Assembly (NCBI GenBank): GCA_038045705.1
Contig: JBBSXO010000005.1
Location: 21,136 to 85,135 of the forward strand
Direction of reading: 5' to 3'
Length of the DNA stretch: 64,000 bases
DNA from: Nanobdellota archaeon
Lineage (GTDB): Archaea > Nanobdellota > Nanobdellia > Pacearchaeales > GW2011-AR1
The notes under the pieces are model-generated. The model worked only from the letters and a program-made list of their open reading frames with translations, had not been told where the DNA came from and searched no databases. Positions 19,826-29,895 of the stretch are shown here, piece after piece (the stretch's first letter is position 1; the number at the start of each line of letters is the position of its first letter). A program made the translations under genes and the position numbers.

Positions 19826-20538
19826 ATGAACCATCCAACATTTAAAGTTTCAAAAGATAGAGAAACAGTTGAAGTTGATGGTCTTACTTATGTTTTAAAA
19901 CCTGTTATAGTAAATAAAGATGACTTATTAACCAAAAGATGACAAAACAAAACTTTGATACAACATCAGAAGCAATTTCAAGGATGTGGACAGACTATTG
20001 TTTCAAACTAGCAAAAGAAAATGCTCCAGATTTTTCTAGAGAGTATGGACTTGATGTTTATTTATTTTATGGACCGCAAGGTATTAGTCGTGCAGTTGCA
20101 GTAGGAGATATAGTAAAGACTTCTGAAGGCATTTATGTAAACCCCCCAAGAGATAAAGAAGGAATAATCATTACAGATGAATATTCATTGAAAAAATTAA
20201 GGGATAAATCAATAATAAAGATTGTTCCAATGATGGGATCATTTTATTTGGGGGAGAATTGTTTTGGCTTTGCAGAATATTCCTCTTTTACAAGAGGTGG
20301 TCAGAGTGTAACAACATTTGTAAAAGAAGGTCTGGCTAGAGTTTTAGAAGGTAGAGATGATGATATAAAACCATCTACACTTGGTAAACTAGCATATGAA
20401 GAACCGCACAACCGAAGAGTTACTATATGGGGATTTGAAAAGGTGTCAAGACCTTCAGCATCTCGCATCTATATTGACACTGCTAGGAGTTTTTCAGGAT
20501 CCGCATTAAAGATATTTGAAGAGGCAATTAACAAATAA
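19826..20538 (+). pseudogene. Split gene (38-aa ORF 19826-19942 plus 199-aa ORF 19939-20538), possible relative of the 31965 protein
   Basis: MNHPTFKVSKDRETVEVDGLTY resembles the N-terminus of 31965 (MSRPTFRILS...PVEVNGVLY); the two ORFs overlap by ATGA. Confidence 0.45.
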
Positions 20539-20744
20539 TGTCTCAATGTCTTTTGAAAACCACTAAACAGAGAATATAGAATTTTACGCTAAAATCCCAA
20601 ACATATATATTTTAGCCCACACTAAAATATCTCAAACACTAAAAATAGTGTAAAGTCGAAACATTTAAATACTCATTTACTCTAAAGTTACTAACTAGTA
20701 CATTTTAGTGTAAATTAAAATATACTAAATAGTAAAAATAGAAT

Positions 20745-22001
20745 ATGTTTAAAAGAAAAATATATCCAAGTTTATTGAATCAATCAAAAGACAAAAAAGT
20801 CTCAATCTTACTTGGGGCAAGGCAAGTAGGTAAAACCACAATCCTTAAAACACTTCATGAAGAACTCTCAAAAACAAGCAAGTGTCTATATCTTGATCTA
20901 GACATTTTATCCAACTATGAAATGATAAGTACATTTGAATCACTTTTAAACACATTAAAAATTCATGGATATGAAGAAAATAAAGAAGACTTCTTCTATC
21001 TCTTTCTTGATGAGTTTCAAAAATATTCTGCAGTAACAAAAATATTAAAAAATGTTTATGATAATCTGCAAAATGTTAAAATATATGCTTCTGGCTCATC
21101 TTCTTTAGCAATAAAAAAAGAAGTTCAGGAATCACTTGCAGGAAGAAAGATAATTACAAAGATTTACCCTTTAGACTTTGAGGAATTTTTAATATTTAAG
21201 CAAAAAGATGAAATCATTAAAAATTATGGCAATCTACATAAGCTGAATGGAGCTAACTTGGCTATATCATTAAAAGAATACGATTCATTACTAAAAGAAT
21301 TTATGATATTCGGAGGCTATCCTGAAGTAGCTCTTAAACAAACAAAAGATGAGAAGATAAACGTCTTAGATAGTATATTTGATTTATATGTAAGGAAAGA
21401 TCTCGTAGACTATCTTAAAATAGATAAAATTTTAGGTGCTAAAAAGCTAATAGAGTTTTTGGCAGTAAATAATGCTCAAAAAATAAAACATGATCGATTG
21501 TTAAACCTAGTACCTCATAGTCTTAAAGAAATAAAGAATATTTTAGAAATATTAGAAGAGACATTCATAATTAAAATTATTAAACCATTTTATACAAATA
21601 AAAATAAAGAAATAGTAAAAATCCCAAAAATTTACTTTATAGACAATGGGGTAAGGAATTATTTTATAAAGAATTTTAATGAATCAAGCTTAAGAGAAGA
21701 TTCAGGATTCTTATTTGAAGGATTTGTCCTATCTGAACTAATTAAACATAATTTTAAAGAAATAAAATTCTGGCAAGATAAGAACGATAACGAAGTTGAT
21801 TTTATAATTGATGGTGAATTAATAATACCAATAGAAGTAAAGTTCAAAAGCGAATTAAATTCAAGTGACTTTAAAGGTATTAAGAAGTTTATTGAAGAAT
21901 ACCCAAAGACAAAGAACCCATTTTTAATAAACTTAAACGCTCAAAAGAAAGAAAGAAATATTAATTTAATATTACCATATTCAATTAATAATATTATTTA
22001 A
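20745..22001 (+). CDS. AAA_14 ATPase with DUF4143 / C-terminal PD-(D/E)xK-like domain
   Basis: GARQVGKTT, LFLDEFQ, SGSSS, GGYPE, KIYFIDNG and EVDFII...PIEVK. Confidence 0.9.
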   Translation: MFKRKIYPSLLNQSKDKKVSILLGARQVGKTTILKTLHEELSKTSKCLYLDLDILSNYEMISTFESLLNTLKIHGYEENKEDFFYLFLDEFQKYSAVTKILKNVYDNLQNVKIYASGSSSLAIKKEVQESLAGRKIITKIYPLDFEEFLIFKQKDEIIKNYGNLHKLNGANLAISLKEYDSLLKEFMIFGGYPEVALKQTKDEKINVLDSIFDLYVRKDLVDYLKIDKILGAKKLIEFLAVNNAQKIKHDRLLNLVPHSLKEIKNILEILEETFIIKIIKPFYTNKNKEIVKIPKIYFIDNGVRNYFIKNFNESSLREDSGFLFEGFVLSELIKHNFKEIKFWQDKNDNEVDFIIDGELIIPIEVKFKSELNSSDFKGIKKFIEEYPKTKNPFLINLNAQKKERNINLILPYSINNII

Positions 22002-22065
22002 TTTCTGGGTTTAATACCCCGAGGCTTATATCGGTTCGGTAGGAGATTTCAGAAAGTTTCCTTAT

Positions 22066-23358
22066 TTAATCCTCAACTTTAAATTCAGTTATATGCATTT
22101 GTTTCATTAATACTCTAGACCCAGATTTCCAAGAATCTAAAAATTCCCTCAAATTGAATTTAATATCAAGTCTTGCATGAATATGTTTGTTCTTTTCAAA
22201 AGTAACTGCGTGTTTATTTTTAAAACTCATTACAGCCTTTTTCATATGTAATGGTGGTCCTATCCGAACTATTTCTTTTTTCGGCTTAGCGATTAAATAA
22301 CCATTTCCCGTGTTTCCTCCAGAGTATTTGAAATAAATATCTTTTAGGATAAAATTATTTTTAACTTCTCTAATCACTAAATCAAAAAACTTTTTCAGTT
22401 TAGTTCCAGCAATATCTCCAGCTTGTTTATCTGTTCCAAGGTGAATAGAAACAAAATCTAATTTTTTTGATTCAGCTTTTTTTCTAACACTATCAATACT
22501 AATATCTTTATTCTCAAAAAACTTTAAAGAAGGGTTTCTTAGAAAATCCCTAGCACTATCTTGAAATTTAGCAAAAGTATCATGAGAAAGTGCAGCAAGT
22601 GCATTTCTTTCCTTGTAAGTCGGGTCAATCAAGATTACAGGGCTATGAATTTTAGCTTCATTCAATTGAATAAAAACTTCATTTATTTTTTTGTAGTGTT
22701 TAGCCAAATCAATAACTAATCTTTTTTCACTAGTCACTTTAATAAGTTCTTTAAGCATTTTAACAAAACTCTTATATTTTATTATCAATAATTCAACAGT
22801 ATACCCAGAAAAACCTTTTACATAAGTCTCTGCACCATATACCTCTTGAGCTTTAAGAAATTTTTTAGCAACTCTAACTTGGTCTTCAAGTTTAGAAATT
22901 CTTTTTTTAACATAAGGTCCATGAAAATAAGTTAAGTCGGTTACATTTTTTTCTTCAGTTGGTTTTCTTATTTTCATAACTGGAATTATTTCAAAATATC
23001 CTGGCATGTCTCTTAAGCGAACAATAAAATAATCACGCGATCCGTGAACTCTTTCAATATTAGTATCGGAATTTATATTTAAGTTTCTAAGGAATTTATC
23101 TAGCATATCTGAGATATTTTCATACTTAGCATCAAATCTAACAAAGATATCCACATCATAATTATCTGCCTTTAGTAAAGTCCCTTTAGCAAAGCTTCCA
23201 CCAACAAAAACATCAGCATTAACTTTGGCTTTAGATATTTCTTTTTCAAGTTTAGCAATAAAATCTTTGCTTCTTTTATTAAGTTCCTTAATTGCTTCAA
23301 CATCTGGTTTTAGTTTTTTAATCTGTTCAGAAACAACTCTTTGTATTTGATTAGACAT
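22066..23358 (-). CDS. cca: Archaeal class I CCA-adding enzyme
   Basis: GGSFAKGT...YDVDIFV, YGAE...GFSGYTVELL and LIDPT...RNA motifs. Confidence 0.93.
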   Translation of the reverse strand: MSNQIQRVVSEQIKKLKPDVEAIKELNKRSKDFIAKLEKEISKAKVNADVFVGGSFAKGTLLKADNYDVDIFVRFDAKYENISDMLDKFLRNLNINSDTNIERVHGSRDYFIVRLRDMPGYFEIIPVMKIRKPTEEKNVTDLTYFHGPYVKKRISKLEDQVRVAKKFLKAQEVYGAETYVKGFSGYTVELLIIKYKSFVKMLKELIKVTSEKRLVIDLAKHYKKINEVFIQLNEAKIHSPVILIDPTYKERNALAALSHDTFAKFQDSARDFLRNPSLKFFENKDISIDSVRKKAESKKLDFVSIHLGTDKQAGDIAGTKLKKFFDLVIREVKNNFILKDIYFKYSGGNTGNGYLIAKPKKEIVRIGPPLHMKKAVMSFKNKHAVTFEKNKHIHARLDIKFNLREFLDSWKSGSRVLMKQMHITEFKVED

Positions 23359-23445
23359 ACATTACAAGAGTTATAATTCCTTTAAAACCTTTACAGAGGA
23401 TAGAAATTCATGGTTCTAGAAAAGCTCATATGGTCTTAGAATAAT

Positions 23446-23832
23446 TCATCTCTTTTTAATGGTAGAAGCTAAATCAATGACATATTTACCATCTTCTAAT
23501 TTGTAAACTAAAGGCCTATCTTTACTAAACAAGTTAGGAATATCAAGCAAGTATTTTCCAGGACTAGTTACTTTAACAGTTTCTAAATCAAGAATTACAG
23601 GAGCATCTATCTCTTCTATCCCAGTTATTTCACGAATATCTTCTTCAATATTCTTCTTATCTTCTGGAGTTAATTCGGCTAGTGGGGCTGGTTCGGTCTT
23701 TCCTTTAATTTTCAGCAATTTCTCTTCGCTTAAGTAAAAGAAAAATCTGCTTCCGCATTTTGAACATCCTTCTAAAGTCTGTTTAGCACCATCATGATAA
23801 ACTTCAGCACAATGAATACATTGATTTGGCAT
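23446..23832 (-). CDS. oapC: OapC/ArvC zinc-ribbon protein
   Basis: MPNQCIHC...GCSKCGSRFF...PGKYLLD; third gene of the oap cluster. Confidence 0.85.
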   Translation of the reverse strand: MPNQCIHCAEVYHDGAKQTLEGCSKCGSRFFFYLSEEKLLKIKGKTEPAPLAELTPEDKKNIEEDIREITGIEEIDAPVILDLETVKVTSPGKYLLDIPNLFSKDRPLVYKLEDGKYVIDLASTIKKR

Positions 23833-23866
23833 AAAATGTTCGAGATTTTTATATTAATAAATCTAG

Positions 23867-24265
23867 CTACCCAAAAAATACTTCTATCTTAGAAGGGTCT
23901 TTCTTTATTTCCTTAACAATCGATGCAGGACCAATAACTGTAAGGGAATTAGATTCTCCTGTTAATCCACGAGCAATTCCTCTTCTCATCTTTAAAAAGA
24001 ATCCAGATTCATCGCGGTTAGCATCAACAACCGCTAATTCAATTCCCTTAAAAGATTTAATGTGGTCTACCATTGCCATAGTATCTTCTATAAGCCTTAT
24101 TTCTTCTTCAGGACGCAATCTACCCTGTAAAATCACCACTCTATTCCCCAGGATTAAATTGAGTATCTTCTTCACTCTTTCAGTTATTGTAAGCTCTCTT
24201 ATCTCTGAATATGGCATTATATGTATACTCAATCCTTTAAGCTTCGCGTTTTTTTTCACACTCAT
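23867..24265 (-). CDS. oapB: OapB/ArvB (DUF2073) protein
   Basis: LRPEEEIRLIEDTM...FKGIE...LTVIGPA. Confidence 0.85.
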   Translation of the reverse strand: MSVKKNAKLKGLSIHIMPYSEIRELTITERVKKILNLILGNRVVILQGRLRPEEEIRLIEDTMAMVDHIKSFKGIELAVVDANRDESGFFLKMRRGIARGLTGESNSLTVIGPASIVKEIKKDPSKIEVFFG

Positions 24266-24293
24266 TTTAAATCCATGTTTATTTAAATCCGCT

Positions 24294-24923
24294 TCAAACT
24301 TTTTTAGTTAGTTTGAAGAGTGCATCATAAAATTCATTCATATTCATAGCCTTTTTAGCAGATATTCCAACAACAGGGTATTCTGGAAAAGCTGCTTCTA
24401 TTTTTTTAATATTAGCTTTTCTCAAGTCTATCTTATTGGCAACAACCAATACAGGTATTTTTCTTGCTAGTAAATTGCCAATAATTGTTAAATTAACTTG
24501 AGAGTATGGATTTTCAGACGAATCAAGAACAATAACGACAGCATCCATATCATCTAACCATTTTATTGCCTCAATAATCCCTTGAGTTGCTTCTTTAGCT
24601 CTTCTTTTAGCTTCTTGTTTTGCAATTCCAAAACTTAAAAAGTCTTCATAATCAATTTTAGTTGCTATTCCAGGGGTATCAACAATTTTCAACACCATTT
24701 TTTTACCCTTATGTTCTATTTCTACTTTCTCTTTAAATTGAACTTGTCTTGTTTCATGAGGCACTTCACTAACGCTTCCAAGCTCTTCTCCAGTCCAATC
24801 CATGCACAATAAATTTGCTAAACTAGTCTTACCAGCATTAGGAGGCCCATAGAACCCTATTTTCAGATTATCTCTTTTCTTAAATACTCCAAATATTTTT
24901 GATAATAGTTTTAACATGTTCAT
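24294..24923 (-). CDS. oapA: OapA/ArvA Era-like small GTPase
   Basis: GFYGPPNAGKTSLAN, PHETR, DTPG and ANKIDL motifs. Confidence 0.9.
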   Translation of the reverse strand: MNMLKLLSKIFGVFKKRDNLKIGFYGPPNAGKTSLANLLCMDWTGEELGSVSEVPHETRQVQFKEKVEIEHKGKKMVLKIVDTPGIATKIDYEDFLSFGIAKQEAKRRAKEATQGIIEAIKWLDDMDAVVIVLDSSENPYSQVNLTIIGNLLARKIPVLVVANKIDLRKANIKKIEAAFPEYPVVGISAKKAMNMNEFYDALFKLTKKV

Positions 24924-27679
24924 GTGTAATAAGGTCTTTTAATAAATCTTGCGTTAATTACACCTTGTGGCTGTCTATCAGCTATCTGTTTGACAGTCTC
25001 TTTATGTTCTCTCCAAGTAAATATAGGTATCTCAAACATTCCAACCCTCTTGCCATTTATCTTTCTAAGCGCAAATCTAATTCTTTCATTAGACCATTTT
25101 TGCTGTTTGAGTCTCGATTTAATATCTGAATCAGAAAGTCCAGATTTTCTGGCATTATATATGAAATTAACTAAATTATATAAATCATTAGATTCAGGAA
25201 ATAAACTATTTTGATAATATTTTTTATACCATTCCTGTAATATTATATAAGCTACAAATGCAAATATTATTAATATTACCCATCCAATCAATGTAAATTT
25301 AAACCATCTTTTAGAACAATCTTCAGGACAACTTCCAGCAGTCTCATCATTCTCACAAATGTTATTAATATTGCATTCACCACTAGGAGCTTCAATATTA
25401 CTTAAAATTTCAAGAGATGGAGAAATGTAAGCACCAAGAGTTTCAGCATCAATGTCTCCTTCAATAAAGAACTCAAATAATTGAGAAGATGATGTGTCAA
25501 GCAAAATATAATCAACTCCAGATGTAACTGATAGAGGATTATAGTTTGTTTTATACAAACCAACACTATCAATATTTTGTCCAAGAATTAAATAAGTATT
25601 TGTACTGATTGAAACAAGAGGATTTGTTCTTATTGTAAATAATGTTCCTATAGGTTCTACGCCATTATCTCCTGTTTTTTCTATTTTTCTAAATGATATC
25701 TGGGAATTAAAATTATCATCCATCCAAGCAATTATTTGGTCTTTCAAAGCAACGTTGTCTGAAAAGTCTTCGTTTTCAATTTGTTCAATATAATTTGAAT
25801 TAATATTTTCATAACCTATGCTTAACGGAAGATTATCTGCGGAACTTCTAGAAGAAACATAAGCAGGAACATCTAGATCAATTAAATCAAGCATAATATC
25901 TTGATAATCTTGTTCAGTAGAAGCATTGTTATAAGATAATTCTATATAATTTAACCCAGATGTTAAATTGTTAAGCCTTACCAAGCTTTGTATTTTTTGA
26001 ACAGCCCAGGATGGATAAGAATTAATCTGATTAGTTATATTAGTTATTCTTCTTCGATATTCAATTATGGTTAAATTAGCAATATCTCTAGGATTTCCTA
26101 CAAACACCCTAAACTGTCTAGTTGTTTGAGTCTGATTGTTTATTGCAGTAACATTAATATCAAATGAAGAATTATTTCTGGTAAATGCATGAAATATAAA
26201 ACTCCCATTAACTGTTTGAACAGGAGTCCCATCTCCAAAATTCCAAATTGTTCTAGTAATATTAGTAGAATTTGAAAAAGCAGTAAATCTAGTATTCTGA
26301 CCGAATGCAACTGATTTGGGAGTTATGTCAAAAGAAAAACTTCTTCTAATAGAAATAGTTTTATCAAACAACAAGTCACCATCAAAGTATAATTCAAATT
26401 TATTGCGATTACTTTCTATAGGAATCATAAAATTTGCTTTAGATATATCAAGAGTTAAGTTATTCGAGGTTATTCTAGTAGCATAATGATCCAGTTCCTG
26501 AATCTGTTGAGTACTTGGACGAGAAGCTCCAAAACTTTCATAATTTAATTCAGCATCATTAAAGTCAACTATTTGATTTGTTCCAAAAATCCCTAATGGT
26601 ATAAAACAAGAACTACTTTGGCAATCTCCACCATAAACATTTTGAACATATTGGTTAATAATCTGTCCAAGATCCTCATAGCTTGTTTGATTTATTACTA
26701 AACTTGGAGATGAAGCATACATCATAGTTTCAGCAAATAAATCAAAATCACTATTTAGCTGACCAAATCCTTGAGCAGTACCACAAGTAGGAGATAAAGT
26801 TTCTTGACCTATTTGGTATCCATTATTTAAACTTGTTGTGATGCAAACATAGTATTCGTCAGCTTCATAAGAGGAGTGATTTACAACACAGCTTAATTCT
26901 TGGGTGCTTTGACTATTTGGGCTATTTTGAGGCAATTTACAAGATCCAAGAAAAGAAGTAGTATCAAAATCATAGAGTTTCATAGTTAAATTAGAATTTC
27001 CAGTACCTCTATTTATTTCACCACCAACTATAAAAGATGGACCTGCAGGAATAACTATCTTTTCACAATATTCTCTTCCCGTAACAATTGTTGCCAAACC
27101 CACATTTGAAGAGTCATAACATCCTGTATGTTTTACACCGCAGCTTTCACCACTGCCCCGATTACTCGTGAATATATTTTGTCCATCTGCAAGTAAATCT
27201 ACATAAAGATTAGGAATACAACTTGAAGGAGCATTTGAACTTACTCTTAATTTAGCATCCATTATTTCGATTCCAGAACCTTGAACTTCAAATCCGACAA
27301 ACCCAGTCTCACCTGAACTTAATTGCATCTGATTGACATTTCCAGAAGAAGTATAATCATTTTGACAACCATTAGTAGAGCAATTATAATTGACCCCTTC
27401 AACTAATCCAGATTGATTTTTTATCAAATCAATCAATGTCAAGCTCCCAGGAAAATTGCTTGTTACCTCAACATCTCCAGGATGATTAGCAAGTCTTAAG
27501 TTAAAGTTTCCCCTTATTACTTCACCACTAGAATAGTTTGAATATATGTTATTATGCAAATAGTTTACACTTGCGGAAACTCCGATAATTGTAAAAGAAA
27601 TTAAGATAATTATTAATCCATTTATATAAAATAAATTTTTATTTCGCATATATCTTTCCCTTAAAAAAGTTGAACACAA
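24920..27679 (-). CDS. Large Cys-containing PKD-domain surface protein with C-terminal TM and cytoplasmic tail (start probably near 27649)
   Basis: Signal peptide, WNFGDG PKD motif, CNINNICENDET..SCPEDC motif, TM near the C-terminus. Confidence 0.8.
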   Translation of the reverse strand: MCSTFLRERYMRNKNLFYINGLIIILISFTIIGVSASVNYLHNNIYSNYSSGEVIRGNFNLRLANHPGDVEVTSNFPGSLTLIDLIKNQSGLVEGVNYNCSTNGCQNDYTSSGNVNQMQLSSGETGFVGFEVQGSGIEIMDAKLRVSSNAPSSCIPNLYVDLLADGQNIFTSNRGSGESCGVKHTGCYDSSNVGLATIVTGREYCEKIVIPAGPSFIVGGEINRGTGNSNLTMKLYDFDTTSFLGSCKLPQNSPNSQSTQELSCVVNHSSYEADEYYVCITTSLNNGYQIGQETLSPTCGTAQGFGQLNSDFDLFAETMMYASSPSLVINQTSYEDLGQIINQYVQNVYGGDCQSSSCFIPLGIFGTNQIVDFNDAELNYESFGASRPSTQQIQELDHYATRITSNNLTLDISKANFMIPIESNRNKFELYFDGDLLFDKTISIRRSFSFDITPKSVAFGQNTRFTAFSNSTNITRTIWNFGDGTPVQTVNGSFIFHAFTRNNSSFDINVTAINNQTQTTRQFRVFVGNPRDIANLTIIEYRRRITNITNQINSYPSWAVQKIQSLVRLNNLTSGLNYIELSYNNASTEQDYQDIMLDLIDLDVPAYVSSRSSADNLPLSIGYENINSNYIEQIENEDFSDNVALKDQIIAWMDDNFNSQISFRKIEKTGDNGVEPIGTLFTIRTNPLVSISTNTYLILGQNIDSVGLYKTNYNPLSVTSGVDYILLDTSSSQLFEFFIEGDIDAETLGAYISPSLEILSNIEAPSGECNINNICENDETAGSCPEDCSKRWFKFTLIGWVILIIFAFVAYIILQEWYKKYYQNSLFPESNDLYNLVNFIYNARKSGLSDSDIKSRLKQQKWSNERIRFALRKINGKRVGMFEIPIFTWREHKETVKQIADRQPQGVINARFIKRPYYT

Positions 27680-29852
27680 AGTAAACTGAAGCTATCAACA
27701 GAATAGCAAATAAAAATTGTCTGATTCCAAAGAAACTAAGTTCAAAATTTAAAGAACCACAAGGAACAGTTACAGAAGGTCTACTAGGACAAGTTCCAGA
27801 CACAACATTATAGCTTATTGTTTTTCTTCCATTAATACATTCACTCGTAGTTGTAGTGTAAGCACAATTACCTCCAAGAATAGGTCCCCCTCCAACATTA
27901 CATGCACCCGTAGAAGTATTAGCATATTGTGTTGCTCTAACACCACAACGGCTAGATGCAGTATCCCAAAAGCATTGTAAAAAAGTGCATGGAGGGGGGT
28001 TTCCACCATAAGAAGCTAAGGGAATAGCAGTATTGTTATTACTGTTACAAGCATTTTGATTTGTGAAATCACTACATTCTAAAGTTATGTTTCCAGATAT
28101 TTGACAAGAATAAAGAGCCCGATTATCTACACCAGGCATGCATCTAAGTCCAGCGGCGCAACAGTCGTCTGCTGTTCCTGCAATAAAGTCTCCACCTTTA
28201 CAATAATCATTTTCCTGATTAGTAGAGTAACTTAAAGAACCTGAAGCATAATATGTATTCCCATTATTCAAACATCTACCTAAGGTAAATTCTCTTTCAA
28301 ATACTGCATTTGCTCCATTAGTATGAGTTATAGAAACACTCATGTGCTTATCATTTACACTATTTGATAAATCATCATACTGTGCAGTTCCTTGATAAAT
28401 TCCATTTCCTTCAAAATTGATCCATTCATCACTCCAATCCTGATCCCAAAATCTCCAGTTAAAATTCAATGTATTGTAAAGATTATTTCCACCAGTAGCA
28501 GAAGTTATTGAAATTCCACCAGAAGGGTTAGGAGTACAACCAGCAGGAACATTCTTAGTTTCAGCAGGACAATCTCCACCAATACACTGAACACTACATC
28601 CATTTACATCAACTGCAAAACTATCAGAAGCATTAAATGGAACGCTTTGAGGAAAATAAGGTCCAGAAGTAGGTGGTGTTGTATATACAAATTCATTAAA
28701 TTCAGGCTCTTGTATATAAGCAAGAACATAAGGACTGGCAACAATCAACATCTGACTTTCAGCAATGTCATAATTTCCAGCCAAATCAGTACATCTTAAT
28801 TTAACATTTGTTTGTCCAGGACTAGTAAATCTATGCGGAAAGTTAGATCCAGTTCTTGTAAAAGAATTAGATCCTTGAGTTATCGTCCATTCATTTTGAA
28901 CAGGTCCAATTTGACTTGTACATCCAGATACAAAATTAATATCGCTATTGCTATTGAGAAAATAAACTCCTCTATGAACTGGAGCAGTAATATTTGCAAT
29001 AGGACTTGAAAATGAACATAAGCTTGAGTTATCTTGATAATAGATATCATAAGATTCATTAGAATATGTAGAATAATTTGCTCTGAAAAATAGTTCCAAT
29101 CTATTATCTCCATCAGGAAGTTGTCCTTGTATCACTTGTCTAATGACTGAGTCACTTAAATTTAGAATAATATTTGCTTGATTGTTTAGCACAGGTGCAA
29201 ACAAAGTAGCAATTTTATCATCACGACCTAAATCTCTATCATAGAAATTAAACTGAATCTGACTATTATCTGCCATCGAAACAGTCTGAACACTCGCAGT
29301 AATAATATGATTAGAGCAAATATTAGCTCCAGCAGGAATCACAGTTCCATCATAATATTTCCATATTGGATTATATATTTGAGGAGAGTTAGTTCTACAG
29401 CAAATTCTAGTGTTATAATTACTAGATCCAGCAGTCCCAAGATGAGCATTTGTATCAGCAGAGAGAGAAACAACTTCAGTCTGTCCAGATGGACAAGCAC
29501 TTGTACTACTAACGCAAATTAAATCTCCATAACAAACATTTCTAGGATAATTTATTCCAGTGTAATCTGGAGTTTGAGCATGAGCATTAGTATAATCACT
29601 AAGTCTTAAAACTAAATTAGTCCCAGTACAATCATGAGGGTTAGGTCCAACAGGATAACCAGGAAACAAACTGGGAAAACATATTTGAGTTCCATAATTT
29701 CCAGCCCCATTATATACTTCCCCATGAGCATTAGATATATCTGATATCCTTAGAATTCTTTGATTATCTGTGCAAGTTTGAGCGCTAACATTTAGAGTGA
29801 GTAAAAAAATACAAAACAAACTACAAAATAATAACATCACCAATCTCTTCAT
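27639..29852 (-). CDS. Large Cys-rich secreted/anchored surface protein with three NAH repeats
   Basis: Signal peptide, three S-x-x-[ST]-N-A-H units, PKD-like segment, many Cys, C-terminal TM. Confidence 0.8.
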   Translation of the reverse strand: MKRLVMLLFCSLFCIFLLTLNVSAQTCTDNQRILRISDISNAHGEVYNGAGNYGTQICFPSLFPGYPVGPNPHDCTGTNLVLRLSDYTNAHAQTPDYTGINYPRNVCYGDLICVSSTSACPSGQTEVVSLSADTNAHLGTAGSSNYNTRICCRTNSPQIYNPIWKYYDGTVIPAGANICSNHIITASVQTVSMADNSQIQFNFYDRDLGRDDKIATLFAPVLNNQANIILNLSDSVIRQVIQGQLPDGDNRLELFFRANYSTYSNESYDIYYQDNSSLCSFSSPIANITAPVHRGVYFLNSNSDINFVSGCTSQIGPVQNEWTITQGSNSFTRTGSNFPHRFTSPGQTNVKLRCTDLAGNYDIAESQMLIVASPYVLAYIQEPEFNEFVYTTPPTSGPYFPQSVPFNASDSFAVDVNGCSVQCIGGDCPAETKNVPAGCTPNPSGGISITSATGGNNLYNTLNFNWRFWDQDWSDEWINFEGNGIYQGTAQYDDLSNSVNDKHMSVSITHTNGANAVFEREFTLGRCLNNGNTYYASGSLSYSTNQENDYCKGGDFIAGTADDCCAAGLRCMPGVDNRALYSCQISGNITLECSDFTNQNACNSNNNTAIPLASYGGNPPPCTFLQCFWDTASSRCGVRATQYANTSTGACNVGGGPILGGNCAYTTTTSECINGRKTISYNVVSGTCPSRPSVTVPCGSLNFELSFFGIRQFLFAILLIASVYFVFNFFKGKIYAK

Positions 29853-29895
29853 AAAGAGTCATGCCGTCGCCACTTTATAAAGATTATTAAAATAA

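Noticed and set aside
23359-24923. Replication origin near oapABC
   Set aside because: No cdc6/orc1, no ORB-like repeats and no long AT-rich intergenic gap nearby.
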